64,000 bases of DNA from Candidatus Aenigmatarchaeota archaeon (GCA_016783545.1 JADHWJ010000001.1:10369-74368), one strand, 5' to 3'. Positions 48,434 through 58,330 are shown, counted from the stretch's first letter. Numbers and translations: made by a program. The notes: generated from the sequence alone by a model not told the origin.

Positions 48434-51328
48434 ATGCTTTCTGATAAAGAGCTAAAAAAGAAATATGAAGAGGTTTTTAGAAAAAGCCCGGAGAAGTATT
48501 ATCCAACAAGAACACTTGAGGAGCTGGGCTATTTTAGGGGAAAATGTAAACATTGTGGGAGATTTTTCTGGTCAACAGATAAATACAGAGATTTTTGTGG
48601 GGATGCAATGTGTTCTGGTGGTTTTTCATTTATTGGGAACACTCCAGCTAAAAACAAGATGAATTATATAGATGTCTGGAAAAAACTTTCAAAAATCCTT
48701 GGAGGGTTTGGTTACACTCCAATAAAAAGATATCCTGTTGTTGCAAGATGGCGAGATGATGTGCATTTTGTACAGGCTTCAATAGATGATTTCATTCCTT
48801 ATGTTATCAACGGCGAAGTTGATCCACCAGAAAATCCGCTTTTGGTTCCGCAAATATGTTTAAGATTTAATGACATAGACAATGTAGGCATAACGGGTCA
48901 GCATTACACTGCCTTTATAATGGTAGGGCAGCACAGATTTGAAAAACCTGAAAACTATATGCAGGGAGAATATCTAAAGCATCTGTTTGAATGGTTTAGC
49001 AAAGGGCTCGGGATAAGGAATAATGATTTAGTTTTTCATGAAGATGTCTGGGCAGGTTCTGGGAACTTCGGACCTTGCATAGAATTCTTTTCTGGTGGCT
49101 TGGAGCTTGCAAATCAAGTGTATATGCAATTTAAACAAACTCAGTCAGGACATAAAGATCTTAATCTTAAGGTTTTGGACATGGGCCTTGGTTATGAAAG
49201 AAATGCCTGGTTTAGTGTTGGAGAATCAACTTCATATGAGATCACATTCCCAACAGTTATGAAAACCCTGAAAAAAATAACAGGGATAGAATATGATAAA
49301 AAATTATTTGCAAAATTCCTCCCTTTTTCTGGTATGCTTAACATAGATGAAGTTAGCGACATAGAAGCAGTGTGGAAAGATGTAGCTAGTAAAATAGGCA
49401 TTCATGTAGAAGATCTCAAGTCTTCTATTTTGCCTCTTTCGGCTTTGTATTCAGTTGCAGAGCATGCAAGATCTCTGTTAATAGCGCTAAATGATGGTGC
49501 ATTACCAAGTAATGTTGGCGGAGGATATAACCTAAGGGTTCTTTTAAGAAGAAGCCTGTCTTTCATAGACAGATATAACTGGAACATAAATCTGCCTGAT
49601 ATATGCAAATGGCATGCTGATCATCTGAAACCAATTTTTCCTGAACTAAAAGAGAATCTGGATGATGTGACCCAGATACTTGACGTTGAAAAGGAAAAAT
49701 TTTCAAATACAAAGAAAAAGTCAATTGCAATAATTTCGAAAATGGTGAAGGAAAAAGTAACAGAAGAGGATTTGCTAAAGGTCTATGATTCCAAAGGCAT
49801 ACCACCAGAACTTATAAAAGAAGAGGCAGAAAAGGAAGGAAAGGACATAGACATACCAAAAGATTTCTATTCAAAGGTTTCTGAACTGCATCAGGAAAAG
49901 GAGCTTGAGAAAAAAGAAAAACAGGAAATTGATAGCAAAGGTATAGAAGAAACAGATATACTTTATTATCAAAATCCAGATCAGAATATATTCGATGCGA
50001 AAGTATTGAAAATATCAGGTGATATGGTCATACTCGACAAAACAGCTTTTTATCCAGAAGGTGGTGGCCAGGAGACTGATTATGGAAAAATAAATAACTG
50101 CAAGGTTTATGATGTACAGAAACAAGGGAATGTGATTATACATTTTGTTGAAAAACCAAATTTTAAAGAAGGAGAGACTATTAGAGGTGAAATAAATTGG
50201 GAAAGAAGAATGAGCCTCACAAGGCATCATACCGCAATACATATAATAAACCTAGCTGCAAGAAATGTGTTGGGAAATCACATATTTCAGGCAGGTTCGC
50301 ATAAATCAGAAGACAAGGCACATCTTGATATAACACACTTCAAATCATTAACAAATGAAGAAATTCAAAAAATAGAAGAATTTGCAAATCAGATTGTAAA
50401 AAAAGAAATAGAGATAAAATCCAAAGTCATGTCGAGAAATCTAGCAGAAAAAGAATATGGCATGAGAATATACCAGGGTGGTGCTGTTCCAGGAAAGAAC
50501 ATACGAATTGTTTCAATAGAGGGATTTGACACAGAAGCTTGTGGAGGAACACATCTGTCAAATACAAAAAAAGCAGGGAGAATAATAATTTTGAATTCTG
50601 AACGAATACAGGATGGAATTGATAGAATAACAATAAAAGCAGGTGAGAAGGCAGATAGGTATTTGAAAGAAATATTAAAAGATTCAATGGATGTTGTTAA
50701 GACACTGAACGAATTAAGTGTGGCAAAGATTTCAGATAATCTATTGAGAAAACTTGAGAATCCTGCTCAATCGTTTAGAGAATTCCAAGAAGCCTCGGAG
50801 ATTTTTAACATAACACCAGAACAATTAGCAAGCACAATAAAAAGATTTCTGAATGAAATAGCTGAAAATAAAAAGAAAGTAGAGGATTTAGGTGCTGAAA
50901 TACCTTCTGTTAGAAAAAGGGAAGAAGAAGAGACCACTATCAAGGATTCACTGAAAGACATATCAAAAGAAATATTTGATATCTGGAAAGCTCAGCGAAA
51001 GGAGATTGAAAAGCTAACAGCCTATCTGGCAAGAGTTGAGGCAAAGAAGCTTATTGTAAAAGCAAAGGAAAACATGCTTTTTGAAGTTGTTCATTTAGAA
51101 AGAGAAGGAATGATAAGTCTTGCAAACGAAATCATTGGCTTGAATAAGAACATAACAGTTATACTGGCAAATGAAAATGGTGATATAATTGGAATGAGTA
51201 AAAAAGATGAGATGGGTTCAATGATCTCAAATATATGCAAACAAGCAGGCGGTTCTGGTGGAGGAAAAAAAGATTTTGGGCAGGGAAAAGTTGATCTTTC
51301 CAAACTATTGAAAATAATGAAAAGTTAA
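48434..51328 (+). CDS. alaS: alanyl-tRNA synthetase (archaeal type)
   Basis: RYPVVARWR, RFNDIDNVG, FYPEGGGQ..D.G, editing motifs HHTAIH and EACGGTH, C-terminal GGSGGG. Confidence 0.97.
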   Translation: MLSDKELKKKYEEVFRKSPEKYYPTRTLEELGYFRGKCKHCGRFFWSTDKYRDFCGDAMCSGGFSFIGNTPAKNKMNYIDVWKKLSKILGGFGYTPIKRYPVVARWRDDVHFVQASIDDFIPYVINGEVDPPENPLLVPQICLRFNDIDNVGITGQHYTAFIMVGQHRFEKPENYMQGEYLKHLFEWFSKGLGIRNNDLVFHEDVWAGSGNFGPCIEFFSGGLELANQVYMQFKQTQSGHKDLNLKVLDMGLGYERNAWFSVGESTSYEITFPTVMKTLKKITGIEYDKKLFAKFLPFSGMLNIDEVSDIEAVWKDVASKIGIHVEDLKSSILPLSALYSVAEHARSLLIALNDGALPSNVGGGYNLRVLLRRSLSFIDRYNWNINLPDICKWHADHLKPIFPELKENLDDVTQILDVEKEKFSNTKKKSIAIISKMVKEKVTEEDLLKVYDSKGIPPELIKEEAEKEGKDIDIPKDFYSKVSELHQEKELEKKEKQEIDSKGIEETDILYYQNPDQNIFDAKVLKISGDMVILDKTAFYPEGGGQETDYGKINNCKVYDVQKQGNVIIHFVEKPNFKEGETIRGEINWERRMSLTRHHTAIHIINLAARNVLGNHIFQAGSHKSEDKAHLDITHFKSLTNEEIQKIEEFANQIVKKEIEIKSKVMSRNLAEKEYGMRIYQGGAVPGKNIRIVSIEGFDTEACGGTHLSNTKKAGRIIILNSERIQDGIDRITIKAGEKADRYLKEILKDSMDVVKTLNELSVAKISDNLLRKLENPAQSFREFQEASEIFNITPEQLASTIKRFLNEIAENKKKVEDLGAEIPSVRKREEEETTIKDSLKDISKEIFDIWKAQRKEIEKLTAYLARVEAKKLIVKAKENMLFEVVHLEREGMISLANEIIGLNKNITVILANENGDIIGMSKKDEMGSMISNICKQAGGSGGGKKDFGQGKVDLSKLLKIMKS

Positions 51329-51771
51329 ACTTCTCTTAATAAACATTCTTTTGGTTGTAACAAAGCAATTTCACAGAATACATCCATAAGATTTTCTTGT
51401 GTTATGTTTTCTAATTGTCTTATCTCTCCGCCCCTTCCTATAATCTCTAATTTTTCTGTTTCGTTTGAAGGGATTTCAACCTTTTCTAGAACAACATAAT
51501 CCTTGAAATTTTCAGCAAAGCTCTCCAGGTTTTGCAAAACAAGTTCACAGTCTGTGCAATTCTCTCTGTACCAGTCTCTTATCAATACTCTTCCTGTTCT
51601 TATTATGAATACTATTTCTGAGCTCTCCAGCGGACCTTTAACGATATGAGATATTGTTTTTACAGGTTTTGTTGCAATAGGCCTGCTGCTTAACATGGCA
51701 AAACCAGCAATAGAGCTTATCATAATAAAACCAATAAATATTGCCATTGCCCGCTCAGCTCCTAGTCCCAT
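51325..51771 (-). CDS. membrane-anchored protein with CxxC (thioredoxin-like?)
   Basis: N-terminal TM (FIGFIMISSIAGF), CTDC, FC.....P.EC C-terminus. Confidence 0.6.
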   Translation of the reverse strand: MGLGAERAMAIFIGFIMISSIAGFAMLSSRPIATKPVKTISHIVKGPLESSEIVFIIRTGRVLIRDWYRENCTDCELVLQNLESFAENFKDYVVLEKVEIPSNETEKLEIIGRGGEIRQLENITQENLMDVFCEIALLQPKECLLREV

Positions 51772-51943
51772 AAAATCATAGAGTTTATTAACCCATTAGC
51801 TTTCTAGTTATTTATAAATTATGTAATTTATGATATTTATTCTCTCTATAAACAATGAATATTAACGAATTGTCGATTTTTTTCTTTAAAGACTTAAAAA
51901 TGTTATTTTCCAATCATCTTAGATATAGTTCGGAGATAGATTT

Positions 51944-52981
51944 ATGGTAGGAATAGTGGGATATGGTTCTTATGTACCTAGGCTTAGGATTTCAGTAGAA
52001 GAGATAGCAAAAGTTTGGGGAGAGAATCCTGAAGGAATAAAAAAAGGATTAAATATCACTGAAAAAAGTGTTCCTGAACTGGATGAGGATACAATTACAA
52101 TAAGTCTGGAGGCAGCGAGAAATGCTCTCCTAAGAGCAGAAATTAATCCAAGAGATATTGGAGCTGTATATATTGGTTCTGAATCACACCCATATGCTGT
52201 GAAACCAAGTGGTACTGTTGTTGCAGAAGCTCTTGGCGTAGGACCTGATGTTAATATCGTTGATACAGAGTTTGCTTGTAAAGCAGGAACATCTTGTATT
52301 ATACTTAATATGGGACTTGTCAAGGCAGGTTACATAAAATATGGTTTAGCAATAGGCGCTGATACCTCACAGGGAAGGCCAGGCGATATGCTTGAATACA
52401 CTGCAGCAGCAGGCGGTGCTGCTTTTATAATAGGAAATAAAGATTTGGTTGCTGAGATAGAGGATTGGTATTCATTTACAACAGACACTTCTGATTTCTG
52501 GAGAAGAGAAGGTCAAGATTATCCAAGTCATGGTGCAAGGTTCACAGGAAAGCCTGCATATTTCAAGCATCTTCTTTCTTCAACGAATAACATAATGGAA
52601 AAAAACAATCTAAAACCAGAAGATTTCAAGCATGTTGTTCTTCATATGCCTAACGGTAAGTTTCCATTAAAAGCTGCCAAAACGCTTGGTTTTTCAAGCG
52701 ATCAGATCAGACAGAGCATGATTGTCTGTAAGATAGGCAACTGTTATTCTGGTTCCAGTGTTCTTGGTCTGACAAATGTTCTTGATATTGCAGAACCAGG
52801 AGATAAGATTTTGATGACATCATATGGTTCTGGTGCAGGTTCTGATTCATTTATAATCAATGTCACTGACAGGATTTTGAAAGTTAGAGACAAGGCAAAG
52901 AAAACCGAGGACTATATGAACAACAAAGAAAACATCAATTATGGTATGTATGCAAGATTGAGGGGGAAGTTGAAGGTATGA
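51944..52981 (+). CDS. hydroxymethylglutaryl-CoA synthase
   Basis: [54 protein letters not shown]. Confidence 0.96.
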   Translation: MVGIVGYGSYVPRLRISVEEIAKVWGENPEGIKKGLNITEKSVPELDEDTITISLEAARNALLRAEINPRDIGAVYIGSESHPYAVKPSGTVVAEALGVGPDVNIVDTEFACKAGTSCIILNMGLVKAGYIKYGLAIGADTSQGRPGDMLEYTAAAGGAAFIIGNKDLVAEIEDWYSFTTDTSDFWRREGQDYPSHGARFTGKPAYFKHLLSSTNNIMEKNNLKPEDFKHVVLHMPNGKFPLKAAKTLGFSSDQIRQSMIVCKIGNCYSGSSVLGLTNVLDIAEPGDKILMTSYGSGAGSDSFIINVTDRILKVRDKAKKTEDYMNNKENINYGMYARLRGKLKV

Positions 52982-53222
52982 GCGAAATATGTGCTGGAAA
53001 CAGGGAACTTTTTGTGAGAGATCTAATATCAATGCATGGCGGAACATCAGAAATGATAACAAGCTTATAGCACCAGTTGAAAGTGGAAGGTCTGTAAAAA
53101 TATCTGGTGCAGTATCCGAATACAGTGTGGAACGTATAGAATTAAACGAATTTGAGGGAATATTATATCTGTTTGAAGACGGGAAAGTTACTGGAAAACA
53201 GAAATATAGATGGTCATTGTGA
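52978..53222 (+). pseudogene. frameshifted small hypothetical gene, apparent paralog of the next ORF
   Basis: ATG 52978 overlaps the HMGCS stop and reads [21 protein letters not shown] to a stop after 30 codons. The -1 frame continues IAPVESGRS...KYRWSL. Confidence 0.5.
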
Positions 53223-53226
53223 AATT

Positions 53227-53469
53227 ATGAAAACTGAAAGACATTCAAATGCCCAGGCATTTGTTGATGCATATAATGAAGAGTATGGCTTGAGATTTGA
53301 TATTGGTTCAGAAGTTGATACAGTTACTTGTGGAGAATCCAAAAGATGCGTCTGCGAAGATCTCAATTACAGCATCCAGTTGATGAGAGACACTGTTATT
53401 GGGTGTTTTTATTCGGAAAAGGATTCAAAGCATAAGACATTTAGATGGCAGTTTGAGGGCAAAGTATGA
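53227..53469 (+). CDS. hypothetical small protein
   Basis: MKTERHSNAQAFV...FRWQFEGKV, with ATGA overlap into the thiolase gene. Confidence 0.6.
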   Translation: MKTERHSNAQAFVDAYNEEYGLRFDIGSEVDTVTCGESKRCVCEDLNYSIQLMRDTVIGCFYSEKDSKHKTFRWQFEGKV

Positions 53470-54623
53470 AAAGAGTAGCAATAATCGGAGCAGGTCAGAC
53501 AAAGTTTGATGAACACTGGGAAAAATCACTCAGAGATCTGTCGACAGAAGCAGGTGCTCTGGCATTAGCAGATGCAAAAATAACAAGTAAACAGGTTGAC
53601 GCTCTTTATATTGGCAATATGTCTGCTGGAAGATTTGTTGGACAGGAGCATCTAGGAGCAATGGCAATGGATAATGCAGGGCTGAATCCAAAACCTGCAG
53701 TAAGATGCGAGGCAGCATGTGCATCAAGTGCACTGGCTTTCAGACAGGGTTACATGTCAATACTTTCAGGAGAGCATGATATTGTAATGGTTGGTGGAGC
53801 AGAAAAAATGACTGATCTTAAAGGAACAGGTGCAATCGCAACATTAATGGGTGCTGGTGATCAGGAATGGGAGAGCTCAATAGGAAATACCTTTGTAGGT
53901 TTATACGCATTAATAGCAAGGGCGCATATGAAAGAATTTGGAACAACAAGAGAGCAGATGGCCATGGTGTCTGTAAATAATCATAAAAACGGTTCATTGA
54001 ATCCTCTTGCACAATTTCCATGTGAGATTACTGTTGAAGATGTTCTTAATTCCACTCTAATAGCAGATCCTCTTAGACTATTGGACTGTTCACCTATTAC
54101 AGATGGCGGGGCAGCTCTTATACTTGCATCAGAAGAGGCTGCCAAGAAGCTTGATAACCCTATCTGGGTTCTGGGAACAGGTCAGGCATCTGACACATTA
54201 GCGCTTCATGATAGAAAAAGTCACATTGAAATGATTGCAACAAAAGTAGCTGCAAAGAAAGCATATGAACAGGCAGGTCTAACGTCTGAGAAAATAGATA
54301 TTGCAGAAGTTCATGATTGTTTCAGTATAAATGAAATCCTTGCAATTGAAGACCTTGGTTTTTGTAAGAAGGGCGATGGTGGAAAGTTTGTTGAACAAGG
54401 AAAAATAGCAAGAGATGGTGAGAAACCAATAAACACAACAGGCGGACTGAAATCAATAGGACATCCTGTTGGCGCAACTGGTGTAAGACAGATTGTTGAT
54501 ATCACAAAACAGTTAAGAGGACAGTGTGGTAAACTACAGATGAAGGGAATAAAAAACGGTCTGGCTCTAAACGTAGGTGGTTCAGGAGCAACTGCTGTTG
54601 TTAATATTTTAGGAGTTGATTAA
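53466..54623 (+). CDS. acetoacetyl-CoA thiolase (archaeal SCP2-like)
   Basis: EAACASS, GAEKMTD, DCSPITDGGAA, EVHDCF, GHPVGATG, NVGGSG. Confidence 0.95.
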   Translation: MKRVAIIGAGQTKFDEHWEKSLRDLSTEAGALALADAKITSKQVDALYIGNMSAGRFVGQEHLGAMAMDNAGLNPKPAVRCEAACASSALAFRQGYMSILSGEHDIVMVGGAEKMTDLKGTGAIATLMGAGDQEWESSIGNTFVGLYALIARAHMKEFGTTREQMAMVSVNNHKNGSLNPLAQFPCEITVEDVLNSTLIADPLRLLDCSPITDGGAALILASEEAAKKLDNPIWVLGTGQASDTLALHDRKSHIEMIATKVAAKKAYEQAGLTSEKIDIAEVHDCFSINEILAIEDLGFCKKGDGGKFVEQGKIARDGEKPINTTGGLKSIGHPVGATGVRQIVDITKQLRGQCGKLQMKGIKNGLALNVGGSGATAVVNILGVD

Positions 54624-55028
54624 ATGGGTCATAGAAGCAGCATACCTCTATATTGGAGATTACAGAAATCAAAGTATAATTTAGTTGGAACAAAATGCAA
54701 AACATGTGGAAAGCTCTATTTTCCACCAAGACAGCTCTGTTCAGAATGTAGAAGAAAGGGTGAGATAGAAGACTTTAGTTTCTCTGGTAAAGGAGAGATA
54801 ATTTCATTTACAGTTATAAGAGCAGCCCCAGAAGGATTTGAAAAATACACACCTTATGCAATTGCATTAATAAAACTGGAAGAAGGTGAAGTTATCTCAG
54901 GTCAGATAGTTGGTGATGTTACTAAAGTCGAAGAAGGAAAAAAAGTGAAGTCTGTTTTCAGAAGAATGCATGAAGACGGAAAAGATGGCGTCATCTTTTA
55001 TGGTGTCAAATTTCAATTAGTTGGTTAG
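54624..55028 (+). CDS. DUF35 Zn-ribbon/OB-fold scaffold of the thiolase-HMGCS complex
   Basis: KC..CG..YFPPR..C..C, G.G.I.SFT, plus operon context. Confidence 0.93.
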   Translation: MGHRSSIPLYWRLQKSKYNLVGTKCKTCGKLYFPPRQLCSECRRKGEIEDFSFSGKGEIISFTVIRAAPEGFEKYTPYAIALIKLEEGEVISGQIVGDVTKVEEGKKVKSVFRRMHEDGKDGVIFYGVKFQLVG

Positions 55029-57610
55029 AGTATGTCCATATCTGTCTTATTCAGCCTCTTTTCAAATAGTTTCATTAATCTGTATGTCATGGAAGCTGGG
55101 AATTTTTTATAGAATCGCCTGAAAAGAAGCCCTTTTCTAATTCCTTTACCAATAACACTTTCCCATTCTTTTTCATATTGGCTTAAGAAGGATTCTGAAA
55201 AATTATTTTCTCTAAGAGCTTTTTGAATTGTTTCAGCTGCTTTTTCAGCTGCTGTAAACCCATAAACAACACCACCACCACTATTATGAAGTATTAATGG
55301 ACCAAGGCCTCCTATAAACATATTACTTTTTGGAACTTCTATATCAAAAACATCTCTATTTGTTTTTATTTTTCTAATCTCTTTTATAGGGAGAAGTATC
55401 ATTTTATTTTTAATTAATTTTTTTATAAACTCTTTTTCTCTACCATTTCCAATTTTATTCAAACCTTTCAATAATTTTTCATAACTGAGAATATTACAGC
55501 TTTTGTTTTTACATCTATTTGAAATGTATTTTCCAACCTCAGTTTTTATTAGTTCATTTATCATATCATTTGATAAAATGTTTTTTGGAAAACCAAATGT
55601 GGGTCTGGATTTAATATTATTTAAGTATTTTTTAATTTCTATTTTATTTGGGAAAATATCTGAAAGTTTTTCTAAATCTTTTTTGGAGGAAAAACTAATT
55701 TTATATGATTTACTGGTTTTTATTTTTTTATTGTAGAATGAATGTACTCTGCTTTCTGATTCCTCAACTGATGGAAACAAACCCAGTTGCAATGAAAGTA
55801 TAATAATATCACTGGCAAGTTTACGGCTAGCTGTTTTAGAAGAAATTTCTGCAGACCAATTTCTTCTTTTTTCTGGCATTCTAACTCTGCAGAATCCATC
55901 ACCTTTCATATAAGCCTTTAAAAACTCAATCTTCACTTCATCTGAAATGTTGAAAATTATATATGGAATTTGTTTATTATATGCATTCTTACCCGTTTCC
56001 AGTATGTCAGTAAATATTTTGGCAAGTAATTTTCCACCAAAAGATATAGGAAATTCTGTTTCTTCTTTTGTATACGGATTTTTTCTTGGTTTCCAGAAAC
56101 TTATATTAATTCCAAACGTTTTACCAATACAATCTATTAGATCATCCATAATACCGTTTTTAATATCATCTTTTCCTAAGGACATGTGAATGTGTTTACC
56201 TTTTGATGAGTCTCCTTCAGCAATATAATAACCGAGAATACGGCAAAATTCAGGTGTTATTTTAATTATATTCGGAATTTCTACTTTCTTTTTTGGAGGT
56301 TCATAGACAATTCTGACATCTTTAGGTATAATTTTTTCATTCAAAAATAATTTTAGAGGTATAGAGTCGCGGTCCCAATATGTTGTTCTATAATTTATTG
56401 GAACTTCAGAACGCTTAGAAAAAAGAAGTTTTTTCCCTCCTCTAACACGAATTTTTTTCACAAATTCGGGATATTTTTTTATTATCAAATTAATTAAATT
56501 CAGTTCTGTTATATTATTTGCATTATTAGGAACACTTGAAGTAAAAAGTAAGTGATCTTTTTTAGGTTCCAATTCAGAAACTTTTTTAGGCATCAAATTA
56601 AAATCATTTACACAAATTACACTGTGTGAACCTGTTGTCTTAACCCTATAACCTTTATTTGTGATTATTTCAAACATGTTTTCATCCAGTTTATGTTCTA
56701 AACACGATTTTATTTTCATAAAATTTAGAAGAGAAGCATTCTTAGATGGTGAAAATGCATAAATATTTTTTATTTTATTGTTTCTAAAATTGTTAACTAC
56801 TTCTTCTATCTTTACATTTTTTATAAGTCCGTTTTCTTTTATAATTATACTTTCTTCTCCATCAATGCTCCACGGTTTGACCTGTCCTGCTGCATCTCCA
56901 ACTAAGAGAACTCTTTCAGCATAGCTTTTACAGCTACCGATTGGTATCAAAGCGCCCATTCTTTCATAGTCTTTAAGATCAAAGAATCTTTCCAAATCTA
57001 GAAATTTTGCATTCTTTCCAAGTATTCCATATTCTGTTGTTTCCCCTCTTGGAATCTTCCATAGAAAACCATCAGTTATTTTTTTATCATACCAGAGCTC
57101 AACAAAATTATTATTATTTTTTTCTGAAACAGTTGCTATTAGACCATTTACAAGTTCTGTTCTATATCCAAGGAAATCCCTGACAGAAGAGCTTGCACCA
57201 TCACAACCAACCAAGAGTTTTGTATTTAACTTCCCTTTAGTAGTTTCAACAATCAGATGATCTTTAGCCTTTTCAAAACCAATGAACTTTGTATTGAGTT
57301 TAATTTTGGATTCAAGACTCTTTGCAAGACTCTTGTCAAATTTTGACCTATCTAAAACATAGGCCGCTGTCTTTTCTTTGACTAGATTTATAGTGCCTGA
57401 ATTGAAATGTATTTTTGCACCCCTCACTTCATGTTCTAGAAAGTCCTTATTTACTGGAACGAATTTTTCCAAGTTAGTTGATATTAGACCAGAACATGGT
57501 TTCTTACCAATATGGTCTTTGCTTTCAAGAATAACAACATCCAAATCGCTTAGCTTATGTGCTAAGAAAAGTCCAACAGGTCCTGCACCAACAATAACAA
57601 CATCATGCAT
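55025..57610 (-). CDS. geranylgeranyl reductase family FAD oxidoreductase containing an intein
   Basis: DVVIVGAGPVG, KPCSG, DRSKFD, GCDG..S.VR, FLWKIP, VGDAAGQVKPW|intein|SGGGV. Spliced product is 332 aa. Confidence 0.92.
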   Translation of the reverse strand: MHDVVIVGAGPVGLFLAHKLSDLDVVILESKDHIGKKPCSGLISTNLEKFVPVNKDFLEHEVRGAKIHFNSGTINLVKEKTAAYVLDRSKFDKSLAKSLESKIKLNTKFIGFEKAKDHLIVETTKGKLNTKLLVGCDGASSSVRDFLGYRTELVNGLIATVSEKNNNNFVELWYDKKITDGFLWKIPRGETTEYGILGKNAKFLDLERFFDLKDYERMGALIPIGSCKSYAERVLLVGDAAGQVKPWSIDGEESIIIKENGLIKNVKIEEVVNNFRNNKIKNIYAFSPSKNASLLNFMKIKSCLEHKLDENMFEIITNKGYRVKTTGSHSVICVNDFNLMPKKVSELEPKKDHLLFTSSVPNNANNITELNLINLIIKKYPEFVKKIRVRGGKKLLFSKRSEVPINYRTTYWDRDSIPLKLFLNEKIIPKDVRIVYEPPKKKVEIPNIIKITPEFCRILGYYIAEGDSSKGKHIHMSLGKDDIKNGIMDDLIDCIGKTFGINISFWKPRKNPYTKEETEFPISFGGKLLAKIFTDILETGKNAYNKQIPYIIFNISDEVKIEFLKAYMKGDGFCRVRMPEKRRNWSAEISSKTASRKLASDIIILSLQLGLFPSVEESESRVHSFYNKKIKTSKSYKISFSSKKDLEKLSDIFPNKIEIKKYLNNIKSRPTFGFPKNILSNDMINELIKTEVGKYISNRCKNKSCNILSYEKLLKGLNKIGNGREKEFIKKLIKNKMILLPIKEIRKIKTNRDVFDIEVPKSNMFIGGLGPLILHNSGGGVVYGFTAAEKAAETIQKALRENNFSESFLSQYEKEWESVIGKGIRKGLLFRRFYKKFPASMTYRLMKLFEKRLNKTDMDIL
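55283..56869 (-). mobile_element. 529-aa intein with LAGLIDADG homing endonuclease
   Basis: Block A SIDGEESI, block B KTTGSHSV, EN motifs LGYYIAEGD and FLKAYMKGDG, block F VFDIEV, block G ILHN|S. Confidence 0.93.
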
Positions 57611-57639
57611 AGATATTCTTTTGTAAGGTTATTTTAAAG

Positions 57640-58330
57640 CACTATCTATCCCTCTTAATAGACAATATAAAGGGCATGGAGCCCTTGAAGCTATAACATC
57701 CCAATCTGAACAAGATCAGAAAATCATAGTTTTCGATATTTGGGAGTGGTATTTCAAGGTCGACTCCACAGAAGCTGGCGCTCCTGTCTCTAAGTCTCCC
57801 ACTTACACTACACACCAGATATCTATCAAGGGTTTGGTAGATAGGGAATCGGACCCCAAGCAGAACCATGACCAATAAACTATCCGACCTTGGCCTGCGC
57901 TACACCTTTACTGGTCCACCACCATTCCATGCCCAGGGAATGAATCCCTTCCAACAAGCCGCCGGGGCTTATCCCACAGTCGGCGGCTGTTTAGTCCAAA
58001 CCTTCACGTATCCTCAAAATAAGTATGACCTCGCCGATAAAGGCACTCATACAAACTGGATGCCACCAATCAAGATCACGCACCTTTGTCCTGTTCGGGG
58101 CATTTCCTTTGTGCCACACTTCTAGAAGCCTCTGAAACCCCTCGGATTTCAGCCAACCGACTGTTACTCTTTCAAGATCCATCACAAAATCCCCTCCAAA
58201 GATTCTCCCCAGACGTTGAATGTGGTTCAGAAAGAGACTATTCACTAAGAAAAAGTTCATGCTCTCTGAACAGTGAAAATGGTAGATAACCAACTAAGTT
58301 GTTAAACTAAAATTGGCTAATATTTTCATT
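57640..58330 (-). ncRNA. large structured ncRNA candidate with a 23S L1-stalk copy and a tRNA-like domain (ends approximate)
   Basis: GC-enriched intergenic region with many nested helices whose G-U pairs favour the - strand. L1-stalk sequence at 57735-57823, and TATA-like tttaaa elements at about 58342-58357. Confidence 0.75.

Noticed and set aside
57642-58293. Four short track ORFs (77, 85, 100 and 67 aa) in the GGR-secF gap
   Set aside because: They overlap on both strands, have no recognisable motifs, and coincide with extensive base-pairing, so an RNA gene explains the region better
57640-58330. RNase P RNA, SRP RNA, group I/II intron or bona fide rRNA gene
   Set aside because: I found no GAGGAAAGUCC/P4 pair, SRP helix 8 motif, group I P7 or group II domain V. 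rRNA similarity is confined to the L1 stalk. This is by eye only and needs cmscan.
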